Virus record (IMG/VR): IMGVR_UViG_3300033562_002408
Location: 1 to 39,154 of that record
Direction: 5' to 3' (one strand)
Length of the DNA: 39,154 nucleotides
From: a virus
Lineage: Duplodnaviria > Caudoviricetes
The translations under genes were made by a program, and so were the position numbers. Position 1 is the stretch's first letter. Each line of letters starts with the position of its first letter. A model generated the notes under the pieces. It searched no databases. It was given only the letters and a program-made list of their open reading frames with translations, and was not told the DNA's origin. Positions 36,315 through 39,154 of this stretch are shown piece after piece.

Positions 36315-36982
36315 TATTTTTTTCCTGCTTTATATTTATCCAGTTGTTCATAAACTTTTTGTTTACCTTCTGGAGTGGTTACATCAATGTTATTATTGAT
36401 AACATATTCACGAACCTTAGCCAGAACATCCCCAATGATTTTGCCTTTGATTCCACAATAATCCATAACCAGATTACCATTCAGAAACAGCTTGGCGGTT
36501 TTGTTTTGGATTACAACAGTTTCCAGTCTTTTGATTTTATCAACAATTTGTTGATGTTCAGTTTCATTGAAAGCGAATATACGAGATTTATCATCTGCAA
36601 AAGAAACTGCTTTCAGTACTTCCCAGTTTTTATCTTCCATCATAGTAACACATTTACTGTCTCGCATTTCACAAAAAGAGTGCATTTTCATATGTCCTCC
36701 AATTGCAAAGTTGATTGCAGATCTTTCATTATTACTAATCTTCATACGGTCAGCAATATCATTGAAGATTTTAACCCCAACCGCATCATGACCATAAAAG
36801 GTTTTCTTACCTTCTCTGTCTTTATAAGTCGCAGGTTTACCAACATCATGAAACAAAGCGGCAAGTTTAATCAGTGGTGATTCATCATCTGCCTGTTCAA
36901 GTACAGAAATGATATGATCTTTTACAGAGCCTTCTCTAAAATTTTCGTCGATTTTGTCAGTTTTTTCATAATCTTTCCACAT
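36314..36982 (-). CDS. HD-domain protein resembling the HD/tail part of CCA-adding enzymes
   Basis: EGSVKDH, LAALFHDVGKP, FYGH..VG, HM, D..SR, LNG..VM...G..G..IG; start corrected to MWKD (AGGAG SD). Confidence 0.8.
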   Translation of the reverse strand: MWKDYEKTDKIDENFREGSVKDHIISVLEQADDESPLIKLAALFHDVGKPATYKDREGKKTFYGHDAVGVKIFNDIADRMKISNNERSAINFAIGGHMKMHSFCEMRDSKCVTMMEDKNWEVLKAVSFADDKSRIFAFNETEHQQIVDKIKRLETVVIQNKTAKLFLNGNLVMDYCGIKGKIIGDVLAKVREYVINNNIDVTTPEGKQKVYEQLDKYKAGKK

Positions 36983-36996
36983 ATAGATCTCCTTTG

Positions 36997-37033
36997 TTAT
37001 ATTAGTAATATAACTCAAAACAAAAAAAGTACT
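36997..37033 (-). promoter_or_regulatory. Repeated putative early promoter motif
   Basis: AGTACTTTTTTTGTTTTGAGTTATATTACTAATATAA. Confidence 0.75.
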
Positions 37034-37036
37034 GAA

Positions 37037-37345
37037 TTATTTTTCAAGTATTTCTAATTTATAGAGAAATTCGACTTTTTTAATAAATTGTATTAATGCA
37101 ACACGATAGTTATCAAATTGATCAAAATTAAAAACAGTTTCATTGGACTCCTTATCATTTATGTCTGAACACCATGAATTGGATGTCATATAATATTTTC
37201 TTCTACCAACAATTTTATTTAAAATTTGGGTTGCTACAAGTGAATATTGACCTTTTTCAAAATCTACATTATACTTCAAACAATATTCCATTAATGTATT
37301 TGTAGGATTTGTTTTATCTTCATCATTAATCATATAACAACTCAA
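37037..37345 (-). CDS. Hypothetical protein, C-terminal YKLExL family
   Basis: Ends EFLYKLEILEK; start uncertain. Confidence 0.7.
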   Translation of the reverse strand: MSCYMINDEDKTNPTNTLMEYCLKYNVDFEKGQYSLVATQILNKIVGRRKYYMTSNSWCSDINDKESNETVFNFDQFDNYRVALIQFIKKVEFLYKLEILEK

Positions 37346-37625
37346 GTTTATGTATTAATTCTTCAGTTTCAATTAAGATTAATAATTTTGTCCATCTACC
37401 CTCAAGTTTATCAATAAGTGGTCTCCAAGAAAATAAAATTTCACCATTTTTTAAAATTTGTGATGTATCATCATTTTCAGGTATTGCTGGACGATATTCA
37501 TATTTTAAAGAATTGGTATATATATTCAAATACTTTATGATAGACACACCTACATTATAACTGAGTTTTTCACCATTAATTTTTTTACATAGCGGGTGGT
37601 TTTTCCAATCATTAATATTACTCAT
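37326..37625 (-). CDS. Hypothetical protein, C-terminal KLELL family
   Basis: Ends TEELIHKLELLYD. Confidence 0.7.
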   Translation of the reverse strand: MSNINDWKNHPLCKKINGEKLSYNVGVSIIKYLNIYTNSLKYEYRPAIPENDDTSQILKNGEILFSWRPLIDKLEGRWTKLLILIETEELIHKLELLYD

Positions 37626-37909
37626 AATAACTCCAATTTGAAAAGTAGTTCTTCTATTTTAATAGTTTTTAAAATTCTATCATATAACTTATTAATAGGC
37701 TCCCATTCTCTAGATGACCAAGAACAAATACAAAAATCATCTTTAAAGATTTTTCTTGTAATTTCTTTTAGATCATTAGTATATTCTGTGGTGAATTTAG
37801 ATGAATTTGTAACTCTATTCAAATAATTACATATTTCATCAACTAAAGAACTATTCTCATTAAGATTTAAAAGAGTTGTTAATTCGTGACGTGGATATTT
37901 AAAACTCAT
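37622..37909 (-). CDS. Hypothetical protein, C-terminal KLELL family
   Basis: YLNRVTNSSKF; ends EELLFKLELL. Confidence 0.72.
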   Translation of the reverse strand: MSFKYPRHELTTLLNLNENSSLVDEICNYLNRVTNSSKFTTEYTNDLKEITRKIFKDDFCICSWSSREWEPINKLYDRILKTIKIEELLFKLELL

Positions 37910-38196
37910 TTAGAATCTCCAGTAAGTAAACTAAATTTATAATTTAGTTCTTCAGTTTTAATTACTTTTATAATTTTATCATAAAGTGGTTCAAAATCAA
38001 TATCAACTAAACTCCATGAATGTATAATTATTTCTTTTTTAAAAAGATAAACGTCTTTACCTTTAACCGTTTCATATTTTCTAATATTAAAATCTGAGGA
38101 GTTGGCAACTCTATTGAGATATGCTGCTATATTTCCACTTACAGTATATTCACTTCTTCCTATAAGGTTCTTTAAAATTTCAGCATTAGTTTTCAA
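37906..38196 (-). CDS. Hypothetical protein, paralog of 37622
   Basis: YLNRVANSSDF...SWS...LYDKI.K.IK.EEL.YKF. Confidence 0.72.
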   Translation of the reverse strand: MKTNAEILKNLIGRSEYTVSGNIAAYLNRVANSSDFNIRKYETVKGKDVYLFKKEIIIHSWSLVDIDFEPLYDKIIKVIKTEELNYKFSLLTGDSK

Positions 38197-38206
38197 AATT
38201 TAATTC

Positions 38207-38512
38207 CTACAATTTATTAGTAATCATTTTTAACTTGTAGAGTAACTCAAAGTTCTTAATAAAATTAACTTCAGCTACTAGAGGATTTATTTCAGATGAT
38301 TTAAACGTTACTTCTCCAGTGGTAATATCAATAATACAAATAACTTGTCCATTAGTATCTTTAAGTGAATATTTTTGTTCCCCAACAATCTCATTCATAA
38401 TACAACAAACAATATATCCATCTTTCATTATTTCGGCGGTTATTCCATACTTTGTTCTATAGCTAAGTAGAGTGTGACCCGCTGAAAAATATTCAAGTAC
38501 CTTTAACTTCAT
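38207..38512 (-). CDS. Hypothetical protein, C-terminal YKLxxI family
   Basis: Ends ELLYKLKMITNKL. Confidence 0.7.
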   Translation of the reverse strand: MKLKVLEYFSAGHTLLSYRTKYGITAEIMKDGYIVCCIMNEIVGEQKYSLKDTNGQVICIIDITTGEVTFKSSEINPLVAEVNFIKNFELLYKLKMITNKL

Positions 38513-38563
38513 ACAAATTAATCCTATTTAAATGGATTGCGTGATAAATGATACAGAAAAAGA

Positions 38564-38947
38564 TTACTTAAGCATTGCACAAATTGTTGCTGCGGATGTG
38601 ATGTAATTTTTACCGGTAGCTGATGTAATTTGCACAACGTTTTTGTGTTTGTTAGGAAGAATTTTAGTGATTGTGTGTTTAGCGCTACCAACGATTACAG
38701 TCATTCCAAACCATTCAGGTTTCATTCCATAAAGATATGCATGTTTATCCCATTCTTTTTTTGCACCATCCGCCGAAGTAAGGTTTCCTGTTTTTGCAGT
38801 AAGTTTAGTTGTGAATTGGTTTTCTGAGAAAGAGATGTTGCCAATTTCCAGAAGGATTCCGTGTTTTTTCATAACATCAGCAAGAGCTGCATTAACATCA
38901 GTACGAAGTTCAGAAAGATTTTGTTTTGTGAAATTTGTAATAGCCAT
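38564..38947 (-). CDS. Hypothetical protein
   Basis: SD AGGAG, downstream of promoter motif. Confidence 0.8.
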   Translation of the reverse strand: MAITNFTKQNLSELRTDVNAALADVMKKHGILLEIGNISFSENQFTTKLTAKTGNLTSADGAKKEWDKHAYLYGMKPEWFGMTVIVGSAKHTITKILPNKHKNVVQITSATGKNYITSAATICAMLK

Positions 38948-38980
38948 AATTATCTCCTAGATCAGTATTTAATAGTATTC

Positions 38981-39038
38981 CCTTATATTAGTAATATAAC
39001 TCAAAATAAAAAAAGAGTTGGTTTATTTTACCAACTCT
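38981..39038 (-). promoter_or_regulatory. Early promoter motif fused to terminator hairpin
   Basis: TTTTTTTATTTTGAGTTATATTACTAATATAAGG plus aagagttggt-ttatttt-accaactctt hairpin. Confidence 0.7.
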
Positions 39039-39154
39039 TAAAAATATATTCATAACAAAACACTTATTGTTTTTTACCATTTTTAAAGTAATATTCACCA
39101 ACTTCACCAGTATAATTTGTATTTGCAAACATACCATCAATAAATTTTATATTA

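Noticed and set aside
1189-39055. Many short antisense or alternate-frame ORFs (e.g. 2922, 5106, 7299, 8714, 13688, 22865, 27605, 28074, 36344, 38861)
   Set aside because: They lie mostly within better-supported genes and show Ser/Phe/Ile-biased shadow composition with no motifs.
1-39154. tRNA/rRNA genes, CRISPR arrays, stop-codon reassignment
   Set aside because: None seen by eye; conserved genes are full length under the standard code. tRNAscan and Infernal were not run.

Overview
Very AT-rich segment of a large T4-related (gp43/gp46/gp47/gp55/gp17/gp4/RNase H) phage genome with scrambled gene order. Main result: the terminase large subunit ATPase is encoded as at least three separate genes on both strands, up to 24 kb apart (4427-4798, 23470-24225, 28070-28777). 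Each carries atypically split intein halves, and joining the exteins restores Walker A (RQCGK|TT) and Walker B (GLSIN|CLVLDE); a further nuclease fragment must lie outside the window. A fourth gene (25102-25542) is an IntC fused directly to an IntN with no extein, a candidate splicing relay or adaptor for the middle junction. The DNA polymerase is also split by an intein (1-690, missed by the ORF track). Other signals: about 11 unrelated proteins share an N-terminal MKxSELKQIIxxxIEE leader (candidate capsid-targeting tag, found on ART-like, nucleotidyltransferase, PRTase and ferritin-like domains). About 10 small early proteins share a C-terminal YKLELL-like motif. A duplicated 28-bp-arm palindrome has its loop inverted between the two copies. 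There is also a repeated promoter/terminator module and a candidate late small RNA. All calls come from reading motifs by eye; no searches were run.
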